Below, piece by piece: positions 1 through 13,187 of a DNA stretch of 64,000 nt. Location of the stretch: sequence record PZ386957.1, one strand, 5' to 3'. This stretch comes from a phage. Both the position numbers and the translations under genes were made by a program. The stretch's first letter is position 1. Every line of letters starts with the position of its first letter. The notes beneath the pieces are model-generated. The model was given only the letters and a program-made list of their open reading frames with translations. It made no database searches and was not told the DNA's origin.

Positions 1-2940
<2,940 letters not shown>

Positions 2941-2974
2941 ATACGATAATGCATAAAAAGATGAGGAAATTCTA

Positions 2975-4972
2975 ATGACTCTATTATCACCGGGTTTCGA
3001 AACGAAAGAAACTACTCTCTCCACTACCATTGTGCAATCTGCGACTGGTCGCGCGGCACTGGTAGGTAAATTTCAATGGGGTCCAGCTTTCCAGATTGTT
3101 CAAATTACTAATGAAGTGGAATTAGTAGATAAATTTGGTCAGCCGGATAATAACACCGCAGACTATTTCATGAGCGGGGCTAACTTCCTCCAGTATGGTA
3201 ATGATCTGCGCGTTGTTCGTGTACTGAATAAAGAAAAAGCAAAAAATGCTACTGCCCTCGCGGGTAACGTTGCGTTCGAAATTAGCAACGAAGGTTCTAA
3301 CTATAAAGTTGGCGATACAATCAAGGTAAAATATAAAAACTCCGAAATTGAAACTGGCGGTAAAGTTACTAAAGTAAGCTCAGAAGGTAAGATTAAAGGT
3401 ATCTTTATCCCAACCGGAAAACTGATCGCACACGCTAAAGCCGTAGGCACTTATCCAGAAGTGAACGGTTATACCGTTGAAGTTACTTCCGGTACTGGTA
3501 ACTCCGGTGCATCTGTTACTATCTCCAGCATTGTGACTGATTCCGGTTTGCTGCTTACGGATCTGGAAACTTCCCGTGACAATATCACTAATCAGACTTT
3601 CTTGACCAAACTGCAAAAATATGATATGCCAGCTATCAGCGCAATCTATGCAGGTGAGATCGGGAACTCTCTGGAAGTTGAAGTGTTGTCACGTAGCGCG
3701 TTTACTGGTACTGCACCGACTCTGACTATGTATCCTTACGGTGGTGAACGTACCGCTGCACGCAATCTGGTAGCATATGGTCCGCAGAATGATAACCAAT
3801 ACGCTATTATTGTTCGCCGTGATGGTGTCGTGGTAGAATCATTTGTCCTGTCCACCGTAAAAGGTGATAAGGATGTTTACGGCAATTCCATCTATATGGA
3901 TGATTTCTTTGCCCGTGGTGCTAGCCAGTACATCTACGCGACGGCACAAGGTTGGGTAAACGGTTTTAGCGGTATCATTTCGCTGGCGGGTGGTGTATCG
4001 GCTAACGAAGCCTCCACCAACGATCATCAAAATGATCCGTTCATCGGTGCGATGATGCAAGGTTGGGATCTGTTTGCCGAGCGCGAAACTATCCATGTAA
4101 ACCTGCTGATTGCTGGTGCGTGTGCTGGTGAAGCTGATAACTTCTCTACCGTACAGAAACACGCTGTTTCCATCGGTGATGAGCGTCAGGATTGCTTAGT
4201 GCTGGTATCTCCACCGCGTAGCACTGTAGTTAATATTCCGGTGACTACCGCAGTTGATAATCTGATCAAATGGCGTGAAGGTACTGATAGTTACTCTGAA
4301 AATAACATGAATATCAATACTACCTACGCGGTAATTGACGGTAACTACAAATACCAATATGACAAATATAACGATGTAAACCGTTGGATTCCGCTGGCTG
4401 CTGATATCGCTGGTCTGTGTGCACGCACTGATACCGTAGCTCAACCGTGGATGAGTCCGGCTGGCTATAACCGTGGTCAGATCATGAACGTCGTTAAACT
4501 GGCAATCGAGCCGCGTAAAGCACATCGTGATCGCATGTATCAGTGTGCAATTAACCCGGTAATTGGTGCGGGTGGTGAAGGATTTATCCTGCTGGGCGAT
4601 AAGACCGCTACCAGTGTTCCGAGTCCGTTTGACCGCATTAACGTTCGTCGTTTGTTTAACATGCTGAAAAAGAATATCGGCGATTCCAGCAAATACAAAC
4701 TGTTTGAAAACAACGATAACTTTACTCGTGCGTCTTTCCGTATGGAAGTCTCTCAGTATCTGAACACGATCCGCTCTCTGGGTGGTATCTATGACTTCCG
4801 CGTACAGTGTGACACTACGAATAACACCGCAGATGTGATTGATCGTAATGAGTTTGTCGCTAGCATGTTCATTAAACCTGCTAAATCTATCAACTTCATT
4901 ACTCTATCTTTCACTGCTGTTGCTACTGGTGCTGATTTCGATGAAATCATCGGTCCAGCTAATCAGGCGTAA
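2975..4972 (+). CDS. 18: Tail sheath protein
   Basis: 665 aa; N-terminus MTLLSPG and long collinear similarity to T4 gp18 (FQWGPAFQI, YAIIVRR, TATSVPSPFDRINVRRLFNML); RBS GAGGA upstream. Confidence 0.95.
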   Translation: MTLLSPGFETKETTLSTTIVQSATGRAALVGKFQWGPAFQIVQITNEVELVDKFGQPDNNTADYFMSGANFLQYGNDLRVVRVLNKEKAKNATALAGNVAFEISNEGSNYKVGDTIKVKYKNSEIETGGKVTKVSSEGKIKGIFIPTGKLIAHAKAVGTYPEVNGYTVEVTSGTGNSGASVTISSIVTDSGLLLTDLETSRDNITNQTFLTKLQKYDMPAISAIYAGEIGNSLEVEVLSRSAFTGTAPTLTMYPYGGERTAARNLVAYGPQNDNQYAIIVRRDGVVVESFVLSTVKGDKDVYGNSIYMDDFFARGASQYIYATAQGWVNGFSGIISLAGGVSANEASTNDHQNDPFIGAMMQGWDLFAERETIHVNLLIAGACAGEADNFSTVQKHAVSIGDERQDCLVLVSPPRSTVVNIPVTTAVDNLIKWREGTDSYSENNMNINTTYAVIDGNYKYQYDKYNDVNRWIPLAADIAGLCARTDTVAQPWMSPAGYNRGQIMNVVKLAIEPRKAHRDRMYQCAINPVIGAGGEGFILLGDKTATSVPSPFDRINVRRLFNMLKKNIGDSSKYKLFENNDNFTRASFRMEVSQYLNTIRSLGGIYDFRVQCDTTNNTADVIDRNEFVASMFIKPAKSINFITLSFTAVATGADFDEIIGPANQA

Positions 4973-4999
4973 TATAGCACACCAAAAGAGTTAAATCAA

Positions 5000-5017
5000 G
5001 CGGGGATTACTCCCCGC
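5000..5017 (+). other. Intercistronic hairpin GCGGGGATTACTCCCCGC between genes 18 and 19, no T-tract
   Basis: Perfect 7-bp GC-rich stem with 4-nt loop seen in sequence; lacks a downstream U-run, so more likely RNA processing/stability or attenuation than a full terminator. Confidence 0.4.
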
Positions 5018-5036
5018 TCTATTAAGGAATACAATC

Positions 5037-5531
5037 ATGGCACTTGATTTAAACGATATTACACGCGGCTTTGAATCAGGCGATTTTGCTCGTCCTAACC
5101 TGTTTGAAGTTGAGATCCCATATCTGGGTCAAAACTTTAAGCTGATGTGTAAAGCTGCTACAGTTCCGGCTGCTACCGTAGAAAAAATCGCGGTAGGCTT
5201 CCAAAACCGCAAGATTAACATTGCTGGCGACCGTGTATATGATGACTGGACTATTACGGTCTTCAACGACGATGCACACAAGATCCGTGATGCTATCGTC
5301 GCGTGGAACGCATTAACACACGGTACTGGTTCGGCAATCACTGGTTCTACCCCAGCACATTACAAAAAACAAGCTGTTCTCCGTCAGCTTAACCGTAACA
5401 CCGAAGCAACTAACGAAAAAACCCTCTATGGCATTTTCCCGCTTAATGTCGGTGAAGTTACTCTCGATTGGGATCAAAACAACGAAGTAGAAACCTTCGA
5501 GGTTACTTTCGCTATCGATTGGGTAGAATAA
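5037..5531 (+). CDS. 19: Tail tube protein
   Basis: 164 aa; collinear with T4 gp19 (FESGDFARPNLF, GFxNRKINxAGDR, TFEVTxAxDxxE). Confidence 0.95.
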   Translation: MALDLNDITRGFESGDFARPNLFEVEIPYLGQNFKLMCKAATVPAATVEKIAVGFQNRKINIAGDRVYDDWTITVFNDDAHKIRDAIVAWNALTHGTGSAITGSTPAHYKKQAVLRQLNRNTEATNEKTLYGIFPLNVGEVTLDWDQNNEVETFEVTFAIDWVE

Positions 5532-5543
5532 ATATATTATCAC

Positions 5544-5561
5544 GCGGGGATTATTCCCCGC
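5544..5561 (+). other. Intercistronic hairpin GCGGGGATTATTCCCCGC between genes 19 and 20
   Basis: Near-identical copy of the 5000-5017 hairpin; the same stem sequence recurs at 55107-55124. Confidence 0.4.
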
Positions 5562-5587
5562 TTAATATCTCCCAATCGAGGTGAATA

Positions 5588-7153
5588 ATGTTTAATAGAT
5601 TAAAGATGCTTGCGCGTTGGGCGGATTTCGACAACGACAAATACGAAGAACAAATTAAATCAAAAGCGGAATCTATCGCTGCACCAAATAACAGTGATGG
5701 TGCTACGGAAGTAGAAATAAATGATAATACACCCGCTAGTGCATGGAACTCTCTAACACAGCAATTTTACAGCACTGACCAGAAGATTAGCAATACTAAA
5801 CAGCTAATTAATACCTATCGTGGATTAATGAATAATCACGAGGTAGAAAATGCCGTTCAAAATATTGTTAATGATGCAATTGTATTCGAGGAAGGGCACG
5901 ATGTTGTATCTCTGAATCTGGAGTCTACCGGATTTAGTGAATCAGTTAAAGAGCGTATTCATGAAGAATTTAAAGATCTCTTAAACACTATCCAGTTTGA
6001 TAAACGCGGTCAGGATATGTTCCGGCGCTGGTATGTTGATTCCCGTATTTTCTTCCATAAAATCATCGGAAAGAGTCCGAAAGATGGGATTGTGGAATTG
6101 CGACAACTCGATCCGCGTAATCTGGAATATGTTCGCGAGATTATCACAGAAGATACGCCGGAAGGTAAAATTTATAAAGCAACGAAAGAATATTTCATTT
6201 ACACCGTAGGAAGTGGTTCTTATTGCGCGGGAGGACAAGTATTCTCTCCGAATAGTCGCGTTAAAATTCCACGTAGTGCTATTACATATGCGCATAGCGG
6301 CTTGATGGATTGTGACGATAAATATATCATTGGTTATTTGCATCGGGCGGTTAAACCTGCTAACCAGCTTAAATTACTGGAAGATGCTATGGTTGTTTTC
6401 CGTATTACCCGCGCGCCGGAACGTAGAGTATTCTTTATTGATACCGGAAACATGAACAACCGCAAGGCCGCACAGCACATGAACTCGGTGGCACAGTCTT
6501 TTAAAAACCGGGTTGTTTATGATGCGTCTACGGGCAAATTAAAGAATCAGCAAGCCAATATTTCTATGACCGAGGATTATTGGTTACAGCGTCGTGATGG
6601 TAAGGCTATTACCGATGTGACTACATTACCTGGTGCATCCGGTATGAGTGATATCGATGACGTTCGCTATTTTAACCGTAAACTTTATGAAGCGTTGCGC
6701 GTGCCACTGTCACGTAGTAATCTCTCAGAAGCAAATATGGTTATTGGCGGTGACGGTAATGAAATTACCCGCGATGAGCTAGAATTTTCTAAATTCATTC
6801 GTACTCTACAGACTCAATTTTCGGAAGTCCTGCGCGATCCTCTTAAATACAATCTGATTCTCAAAAATGTTATCACAGAAGACGATTGGGATCGTGAAAT
6901 AAATAATATCAAGGTTGTTTTCCATCGGGACTCTTATTATACAGAAGTTAAAGACGCGGAAATTTTAGAACGTCGAATCAACCTGATCGAGCGTATCGCC
7001 CCTTACATTGGTAAATATTTCTCAAACCAGACAGTAATGCGCGATATTCTGAAATATACCGATGACCAGATGGACACCGAGAAGAAACAGATCGAAGAAG
7101 AAGCGAACGATCCGCGCTTTAAACAAACTCCCGATGAAATAGAGGATTTTTAA
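5588..7153 (+). CDS. 20: Portal vertex protein
   Basis: 521 aa; strong collinearity with T4 gp20 (FRRWYVDSRIFFHKII, GYLHRAVKPANQLKLLEDA, MTEDYWLQRRDGKA). Confidence 0.95.
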   Translation: MFNRLKMLARWADFDNDKYEEQIKSKAESIAAPNNSDGATEVEINDNTPASAWNSLTQQFYSTDQKISNTKQLINTYRGLMNNHEVENAVQNIVNDAIVFEEGHDVVSLNLESTGFSESVKERIHEEFKDLLNTIQFDKRGQDMFRRWYVDSRIFFHKIIGKSPKDGIVELRQLDPRNLEYVREIITEDTPEGKIYKATKEYFIYTVGSGSYCAGGQVFSPNSRVKIPRSAITYAHSGLMDCDDKYIIGYLHRAVKPANQLKLLEDAMVVFRITRAPERRVFFIDTGNMNNRKAAQHMNSVAQSFKNRVVYDASTGKLKNQQANISMTEDYWLQRRDGKAITDVTTLPGASGMSDIDDVRYFNRKLYEALRVPLSRSNLSEANMVIGGDGNEITRDELEFSKFIRTLQTQFSEVLRDPLKYNLILKNVITEDDWDREINNIKVVFHRDSYYTEVKDAEILERRINLIERIAPYIGKYFSNQTVMRDILKYTDDQMDTEKKQIEEEANDPRFKQTPDEIEDF

Positions 7154-7372
7154 ATGGAAAAATTTATCGAAGCAATTAAAACCCGCGATCTAACGCTGAT
7201 CGAAAAAGAATTTGATAAGATCATGGAGGCTAAAAAAGCCCAGATCATCGAATCCCAGCGTGTCGAAATCGCATCCAGTGTCATGATCGAAGGTGAAGAA
7301 GAAAAAGACCGTGAAGATGATGAGGATGATGACCGCGAAGACGACGAAAAAGATAAAGAAGACGACGAATAA
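7154..7372 (+). CDS. 67: Prohead core protein with acidic C-terminal tail
   Basis: 72 aa; position between 20 and 68 and D/E-rich C-terminus as in T4 gp67; start overlaps gene 20 stop. Confidence 0.8.
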   Translation: MEKFIEAIKTRDLTLIEKEFDKIMEAKKAQIIESQRVEIASSVMIEGEEEKDREDDEDDDREDDEKDKEDDE

Positions 7373-7384
7373 TAGGACGCCAAC

Positions 7385-7792
7385 ATGATTAAAGATTTTA
7401 CTCCGAAAGCCGACCTGGAAACCTTTCTGCCGGAAGCACGGGAAAAGCTCGACATGTTGGCTATGTTTGAGTCAGAAGAACTATTGAAAATCGTTGAAGG
7501 TATTTCTAACGATGAGCCAGAATTGGCGGTAGCAATGCTGTCTATTATCGACGGAATTACTGTAAACGAAGCAATGGTTAAACATGTTAATGCACGCGGT
7601 GAAGTTGCCCGTAAAAAGGATCGTAAAACTCGCGAACGTAATGCATACATGACTACTGGCCTAAGCAAAGCTAAACGCCGTCAGATTGCCCGTCGTGCTG
7701 CTAAAACTAAGCGTGCTAATCCGTCGATTGAACGTCACGCGGAACGTAAACGCAAAAAAGCAATGCGCAAGCGCAAGGCATTAGGACTATAA
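7385..7792 (+). CDS. 68: Prohead core protein, basic C-terminus
   Basis: 135 aa; synteny with T4 gene 68; K/R-rich C-terminal tail. Confidence 0.8.
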   Translation: MIKDFTPKADLETFLPEAREKLDMLAMFESEELLKIVEGISNDEPELAVAMLSIIDGITVNEAMVKHVNARGEVARKKDRKTRERNAYMTTGLSKAKRRQIARRAAKTKRANPSIERHAERKRKKAMRKRKALGL

Positions 7793-7803
7793 CAGGAAAC
7801 AAC

Positions 7804-8499
7804 ATGGAAAAGAACGAATTACTGATCGAACAATGGGGCGCTCCTTGTGCTCGCGGTAGTTCGTCATTGCTTGAATCATTTGATGATAAGGCTACAGGAA
7901 ATCTCTACATTCAAGGGATTTTCCTGCAAGCCGAAACAGTAAACCGTAATAAACGCTGGTATCCACGCGCGGTACTAGAAAAAGCGGTTACTAAATACAT
8001 TCATGAACAAGTTGAGACACATCAAGCTCTGGGCGAACTGAATCATCCAGCAAGGGCAACACCAGATCCATCTAATGCTTGCATCATAATTGAAAAATTA
8101 TGGTGGGAAGGTAATAACGTTATGGGTAAAGCTCGCGTTATTGAAGGTGATAAAGGGGTCGGTGATAAACTCGCTGCGTTAATTCGCGCTGGCTGGATTC
8201 CTGGCGTTTCCTCCCGTGGATTGGGTCGTTTAAAAGATTCCGGTCGCGGTTATAATATTGTACAGGAAGGTTTTGTGTTAACGGTTGGTGTCGATGTTGT
8301 TTGGGGTCCAAGTGCTCCAGATGCGTGGGTCAAACCAGTGGTTGAATCGGAGGATATTGATTCTAGCGTCTCAGACGCACCAGAAATCGATAATCAGGAA
8401 AAAACGATTAACCCTACACCCAAGCAAGAAAACATCGTAGAATCGAATAATAACGCGTTTATGGCGTTGGCAGAGGCGCTATCTAAACGATATAAATAA
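7804..8499 (+). CDS. 21: Prohead core protease
   Basis: 231 aa; collinear with T4 gp21 (ALGELNHP, AAIIIExxWW, GDKLAAxIRAGWIPGVSSRGLG, GVDxVWGPSAPDAWV). Confidence 0.95.
   Translation: MEKNELLIEQWGAPCARGSSSLLESFDDKATGNLYIQGIFLQAETVNRNKRWYPRAVLEKAVTKYIHEQVETHQALGELNHPARATPDPSNACIIIEKLWWEGNNVMGKARVIEGDKGVGDKLAALIRAGWIPGVSSRGLGRLKDSGRGYNIVQEGFVLTVGVDVVWGPSAPDAWVKPVVESEDIDSSVSDAPEIDNQEKTINPTPKQENIVESNNNAFMALAEALSKRYK
8491..8498 (+). promoter_or_regulatory. T4-type late promoter TATAAATA upstream of gene 22
   Basis: Exact TATAAATA 32 nt upstream of the gene 22 ATG. Confidence 0.7.
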
Positions 8500-8529
8500 T
8501 ATTACGTTATCAACAAGAAGGTTATAACC

Positions 8530-9324
8530 ATGCTTAAAGAAATGCTGCTCGAAGAAGCAAAACAGATCACCGTAGACGTTGCTCTCGATGATCTGTTTGA
8601 ATCCGTCGAACTGTCGCCGGAAGTAAAAGAAAACTTTGGTACTATCTATGCTCAAGCGGTAAAAGCTAATGCCGTTGCTCTGGCAGAAAGTCACATTGAA
8701 AAAATTGCTGCTAAAGCCGATGAACTGGTAGAATCAAAGGTAGAAGAAGCTCGCACTGAAATTGAAGCTAAACTCTACGAAGATGCAGATAAATTCCTGA
8801 ATCATCTGGGCGCTAAATGGCTGGCTGAAAATAAAGAAGCTGTTACCCGTAATATTAAAGCGGATCTGTGCGAATCCCTGATTGGTTCCCTGAAAGATGT
8901 TTTCGTTACTCACAATGTTGTAGTACCGGAAGAATCTGTAGATGTTGTTGCTGAACTGGACGAAGCACTGAAAGAAGAAAAAGAGAAAACCGCTGAACTC
9001 TTTGACGCTAAACTGACTCTGGAAAGCGAAATTCGCGGCATGAAGCGTGAGCAAGCTATTACTGAAAGCACTCGTGATCTGTCCGATACCCAGAAAGAAA
9101 AAGTAACCGCGCTGATCGAAGGTCTGGAATATAGCGAAACCTTCGATAAGAAGCTGAATGCTATTGTTGAGATGGTTGCTAAGAAAGAAGAAAAACCAAC
9201 TCACATTGAAGAATCACTAAATACTGATGCCGACAAGCTGAATGTTATTGTTGAAGCTGTCGAAGAATCAGAGAAAAAAGCAACTGTAGATACTGGCGTT
9301 TCTCGCTACCTGAATTATATCTAA
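8530..9324 (+). CDS. 22: Prohead scaffolding core protein
   Basis: 264 aa, acidic coiled-coil-like protein in the gene 22 position. Confidence 0.85.
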   Translation: MLKEMLLEEAKQITVDVALDDLFESVELSPEVKENFGTIYAQAVKANAVALAESHIEKIAAKADELVESKVEEARTEIEAKLYEDADKFLNHLGAKWLAENKEAVTRNIKADLCESLIGSLKDVFVTHNVVVPEESVDVVAELDEALKEEKEKTAELFDAKLTLESEIRGMKREQAITESTRDLSDTQKEKVTALIEGLEYSETFDKKLNAIVEMVAKKEEKPTHIEESLNTDADKLNVIVEAVEESEKKATVDTGVSRYLNYI

Positions 9325-9341
9325 TATAATTCGATCTACTT

Positions 9342-9349
9342 TATAAATA
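9342..9349 (+). promoter_or_regulatory. T4-type late promoter TATAAATA upstream of gene 23
   Basis: Exact TATAAATA 34 nt upstream of the gene 23 ATG. Confidence 0.75.
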
Positions 9350-9382
9350 CTTTAGGTTAACAACAAACAAGGTTTAAAGAAC

Positions 9383-10969
9383 ATGAAAACTACCAAAGAA
9401 CTGATGGAAAAATGGTCTCCGCTGCTGGAAAACGAAAAACTGCCGGAGATTGCAACCGCATCTAAACAGAAACTGGTTGCTAAAATTCTGGAATCTCAGG
9501 AAGCAGATTTTGCAGTAGATCCGATTTATAAAGATGAGAAAGTAGTAGAAGCGTTTGGTGGCTTTATCGCAGAAGCAGAAGTTGCTGGCGACCACGGTTA
9601 TGACGCACAGAAAATTGCCGCAGGTCAGATGAGCGGTGCTATCACCAACGTAGGTCCGGCTGTAATCGGTATGGTTCGTCGTGCTATTCCTAACCTGATC
9701 GCATTCGACATTTGCGGCGTTCAGCCGATGAGCACTCCGACTAGCCAGATCTTTGCAATCCGTTCCGTATACGGTGCTGATCCTCTGGCACAGAATGCAA
9801 AAGAAGCATTCCATCCGATGTACTCTCCGAATGCGTTCCATAGCTCTCTGGCAGCAAAAGACGCGACCGCTCAGTCTCCGACTGGTACTGCATTCGCACA
9901 ACTGACCATGTCTCAGGCGATTCAGGTTGGCGATATTGTACATCACACCTTCGCGGAAACTGGCATTGCTTATCTGCAAAACGTTTCCAGTCAAGCGGTA
10001 ACTCCGTCTAAACAGGGTCAGGAATCCGAAGATGAAGTTGTAATGAAACTGATCGAAGATGGTAAACTGGCTGAAATCGCTTTCGGTATGGCTACTTCCA
10101 TCGCGGAACTGCAAGAAGGTTTCAACGGTTCTCAGAATAACCCGTGGAATGAAATGTCCATGCGTATTGACAAACAGGTTGTTGAAGCGAAATCTCGCCA
10201 ACTGAAAGCCCGTTACTCTATCGAAGTTGCTCAGGATCTGCGTGCTATCCACGGTATGGATGCTGATGCCGAACTGAATGCTATTCTGGCTAATGAAGTT
10301 CTGCTTGAAATCAACCGTGAAATCGTTGACGTAATCAACTTTACCGCTCAGGTTGGTAAGACTGGTATGACTCAGACCGTTGGTTCTAAAGCTGGTGTAT
10401 TCGACCTGCAAGATCCGATCGATACTCGCGGTGCTCGTTGGGCTGGTGAATCCTTCAAATCTCTGATCTACCAGATCGACAAAGAAGCTGCTGAAATCGC
10501 TCGTCAGACTGGTCGCGGTGCTGGTAACTTCATTATCGCTTCCCGTAACGTTGTAAACATTCTGGCTTCTGCTGATCAGGGTATTAGCGTTGCTATGCAG
10601 GGTGCTGCTCGTGGTCTGAATACCGACACCACCAAAGCTGTTTTCGCTGGTGTTCTGGCTGGTAAGTATAAAGTATTCATCGACCAGTATGCTCGTCAGG
10701 ACTACTTCACCGTAGGCTACAAAGGCGACAACGAAATGGATGCTGGTATCTACTATGCGCCGTATGTTGCTCTGACTCCGCTGCGTGCAACTGATCCTCA
10801 GTCCTTCCATCCGGTTCTGGGCTTCAAAACTCGCTATGGCATCGGTATTAACCCGTTTGCAGACAGCAAGTCTCAGTCTCCGAGTGCTCGCATTACTTCC
10901 GGTATGTTGAGCAAAGACAGCGTAGGTAAAAACGCTTACTTCCGCCGTGTATGGGTTAAAGGCTGCTAA
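9383..10969 (+). CDS. 23: Major capsid protein
   Basis: 528 aa; extensive identity with T4 gp23 (GPAVxGMVRRAIPNLIAFDICGVQPM, ATSIAELQEGFNGS, GRGxGNFIIASRNVVN, YFTVGYKGxNEMDAGIYYAPYVALTPLR). Confidence 0.97.
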   Translation: MKTTKELMEKWSPLLENEKLPEIATASKQKLVAKILESQEADFAVDPIYKDEKVVEAFGGFIAEAEVAGDHGYDAQKIAAGQMSGAITNVGPAVIGMVRRAIPNLIAFDICGVQPMSTPTSQIFAIRSVYGADPLAQNAKEAFHPMYSPNAFHSSLAAKDATAQSPTGTAFAQLTMSQAIQVGDIVHHTFAETGIAYLQNVSSQAVTPSKQGQESEDEVVMKLIEDGKLAEIAFGMATSIAELQEGFNGSQNNPWNEMSMRIDKQVVEAKSRQLKARYSIEVAQDLRAIHGMDADAELNAILANEVLLEINREIVDVINFTAQVGKTGMTQTVGSKAGVFDLQDPIDTRGARWAGESFKSLIYQIDKEAAEIARQTGRGAGNFIIASRNVVNILASADQGISVAMQGAARGLNTDTTKAVFAGVLAGKYKVFIDQYARQDYFTVGYKGDNEMDAGIYYAPYVALTPLRATDPQSFHPVLGFKTRYGIGINPFADSKSQSPSARITSGMLSKDSVGKNAYFRRVWVKGC

Positions 10970-11049
10970 TCCATTCTAACATAAAATCAGGTCGGGTGCA
11001 ATGCCCGACTTATCATAAACTTTATGACAGTGTAAAGTGTTAATTCCAA

Positions 11050-11085
11050 AGGGTAGATCCGAAAGGGTCTGCCCTTTTTGCTTTT
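11050..11085 (+). terminator. Rho-independent terminator after gene 23
   Basis: 10-bp stem (two G.U pairs) AGGGTAGATC...GGTCTGCCCT followed by TTTTTGCTTTT. Confidence 0.7.
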
Positions 11086-11103
11086 ATGCGGATTATAACT
11101 CGT

Positions 11104-11111
11104 TATAAATA
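11104..11111 (+). promoter_or_regulatory. T4-type late promoter TATAAATA upstream of the 23/24 insert module
   Basis: Exact TATAAATA 38 nt upstream of the ATG at 11149. Confidence 0.65.
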
Positions 11112-11148
11112 AGGATGCAAGCCTATATTCTAAGGGGAGCGAAAATAG

Positions 11149-11457
11149 ATGCACACACTTATAAAGACCAAAACTCCCGCCACGTCTGCACCAGTAAGCT
11201 GTATTCATAGTACGCATATGACTGTACAAATGACGGTAGAAGGTGTAAGGCAAGGGCAAAAAGTCATTGCAGAGGCTGTTTTAGAAGGTTCTCTGGATGG
11301 CAAAGGTTGGTTCACTATCTCAGAGTTGAAAGCAGATGGTAATGAATATGCAACTGACGGTGGAGCGTTTGAAACATTATGGTCATTTATTAGGGCGAAA
11401 GTAAAATCAATTTCTATTGATTCTACTGTCACAGTGTATCTTGCGAAACGGGGGTAA
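11149..11457 (+). CDS. Hypothetical protein (102 aa), first gene of the late insert module between 23 and 24
   Basis: ORF with GGGGAG RBS; no family recognised. Confidence 0.6.
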   Translation: MHTLIKTKTPATSAPVSCIHSTHMTVQMTVEGVRQGQKVIAEAVLEGSLDGKGWFTISELKADGNEYATDGGAFETLWSFIRAKVKSISIDSTVTVYLAKRG

Positions 11458-11460
11458 TAC

Positions 11461-13176
11461 ATGAAGCTGAATCCAGATGCAGTAATTAACGCTGGTTCCG
11501 TTGGTGGTGGCGGTTCCGGTGGTGGTATTCAGGTCGGTACTAATGTACCGTGTGGTATTCAGAATAATCACCGTTTCGAAAACGAGCAGGAACGAGACGC
11601 GTATTTTGCAACTAAATTCCCGGAACTGGAACGACTGAAAACAATTATTGTTTGCGGCGGTAAACTCCAGCTTTGGACTGGTGCAACTGCGCAATCACCT
11701 TATGATAATTCTAAATGGGTCGATATGACCTGGGTGATTCAGGGTGAACAAGGTACGGCAGGTGAAAAGGGTGATGCCGGAAGAGGCATTGCCAGAATTG
11801 AAGCACAAATCTCGCCGGATGATGCAAACTGGACACTTGAAATCACGTACTCTGATCAGACACAAGAAAGTCTCGTTTTCCCCGTACCGGATGTGTTGGC
11901 GAACGTAGCACAGCGTTTAACGGCGTTGGAAGTTCGATGGACGACTACCGGAAACCCTATTAACAATCTAGACGCAACATTACAACAAGGCCGTTACCCC
12001 GTAGATGTTACTACCTACGGTAAACCGCAAATGATGGCAAATAAGGGGTCTGTAGATGTATATGTCGTGGATAGTAGCGTTATTCAGGTTGTCCATTCTA
12101 TTGATGGTGGTGTGTACTCTCGCACGCGACACAATGGTAGTTGGACAGAGTGGGTATCTAAGGGATCTGGTGGTGGTTCCGGTGGTGGCTTAAATGGTGA
12201 TCAAGAAGCATTGCTCGCCAGCTTAGGTACACGTTTACCGGAAATTTCGCCAAATACCCGCGATCTAAACGCACTTCAACATCAAGGCCGTTTTTGCTAC
12301 GATGAACAATCCGCTAACCGTCCAAATGGTGTCATCACTCATGGGTCAGTAGATGTTCATGCTTGCAAAGACCATGTATTGCAAATCGCTACCAGTATTG
12401 AAGGGGTAATGTATCACAGGGCTTTAGACAAAGCAAATGGTACATGGAGTCAATGGACACAGATTAGTGATGCTACGGGAGGTGCTACCATCTATGCATT
12501 CCCTCGCGCGGCTAGTGTCTTTACGACTTCTCAGAGTCTGTTAGATGCAGCTAATCCCGGTGCTGGATTCTTTTATATTCCGTGGAAATATGTAATCCAT
12601 GATAACTATGGATGTACACCGCAGATTAAAGAGCCAAACAGACAAGCTGATGCTGATCACTGGTGGATTGCCCCGAAATCCGGTAGTTATGATATGGAAT
12701 TGATGCTTGATGTAAGTTTCATCAAGACACAAGCAACGATTCCGGTAATGCTGGTTGTTACTGCATGGCATCGTGACTCACAGGGTCATGAACACATGGC
12801 AGCACGTTACAATATGCCGTTAGATGTTACACAGAAAAACCAGAAAACGAAATCCGCTAAACTCCGACTTAATCAAATCTTGCACGGTGATATGGTCCGT
12901 TGGCAGGTTGAATTTACTGGAGGTAACTGGTCGCAGGATGACAACCCAGATGTTTCCTTTGTTCCTTTCCGAACAATGCTGATGGTCGATGAGGCAGAAT
13001 ACGACACAGCAAAACGGATCGGGCTATTGGCTTATAACACATGGGCTAATTTCCATGCTAAACCCGGTTTAGCTGCAACCGTAATTGAAGATCAGGGTAA
13101 AGCCCGTCTGAATGCGGTTAAATGGAATGTTGCAATTGATAGTATCGAGGCAACTGTACAACCAGGCCAGCCATAA
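11461..13176 (+). CDS. Fibrous protein with Gly-rich linkers, short collagen-like G-X-Y stretch and two knob-like repeats
   Basis: 571 aa; GGGGSGGG and GSGGGSGGG linkers; GEQGTAGEKGDAG; two ~70-aa repeats (LQQGRYPVD...GSVDVYVV...YSRTRHNGSWTEW and LQHQGRFCYD...GSVDVHAC...YHRALDKANGTWSQW) resembling tail-fibre knob domains. Confidence 0.8.
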   Translation: MKLNPDAVINAGSVGGGGSGGGIQVGTNVPCGIQNNHRFENEQERDAYFATKFPELERLKTIIVCGGKLQLWTGATAQSPYDNSKWVDMTWVIQGEQGTAGEKGDAGRGIARIEAQISPDDANWTLEITYSDQTQESLVFPVPDVLANVAQRLTALEVRWTTTGNPINNLDATLQQGRYPVDVTTYGKPQMMANKGSVDVYVVDSSVIQVVHSIDGGVYSRTRHNGSWTEWVSKGSGGGSGGGLNGDQEALLASLGTRLPEISPNTRDLNALQHQGRFCYDEQSANRPNGVITHGSVDVHACKDHVLQIATSIEGVMYHRALDKANGTWSQWTQISDATGGATIYAFPRAASVFTTSQSLLDAANPGAGFFYIPWKYVIHDNYGCTPQIKEPNRQADADHWWIAPKSGSYDMELMLDVSFIKTQATIPVMLVVTAWHRDSQGHEHMAARYNMPLDVTQKNQKTKSAKLRLNQILHGDMVRWQVEFTGGNWSQDDNPDVSFVPFRTMLMVDEAEYDTAKRIGLLAYNTWANFHAKPGLAATVIEDQGKARLNAVKWNVAIDSIEATVQPGQP

Positions 13177-13187
13177 GGGGGCGTTTA

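Noticed and set aside
7150-7668. 172-aa minus-strand ORF antisense to genes 67 and 68
   Set aside because: Serine-rich mirror image of the acidic/basic prohead core genes; no start signals.
9374-10810. 478-aa minus-strand ORF antisense to the major capsid gene
   Set aside because: Lies entirely inside gene 23 on the opposite strand, low-complexity translation, no RBS; gene 23 is unambiguous.
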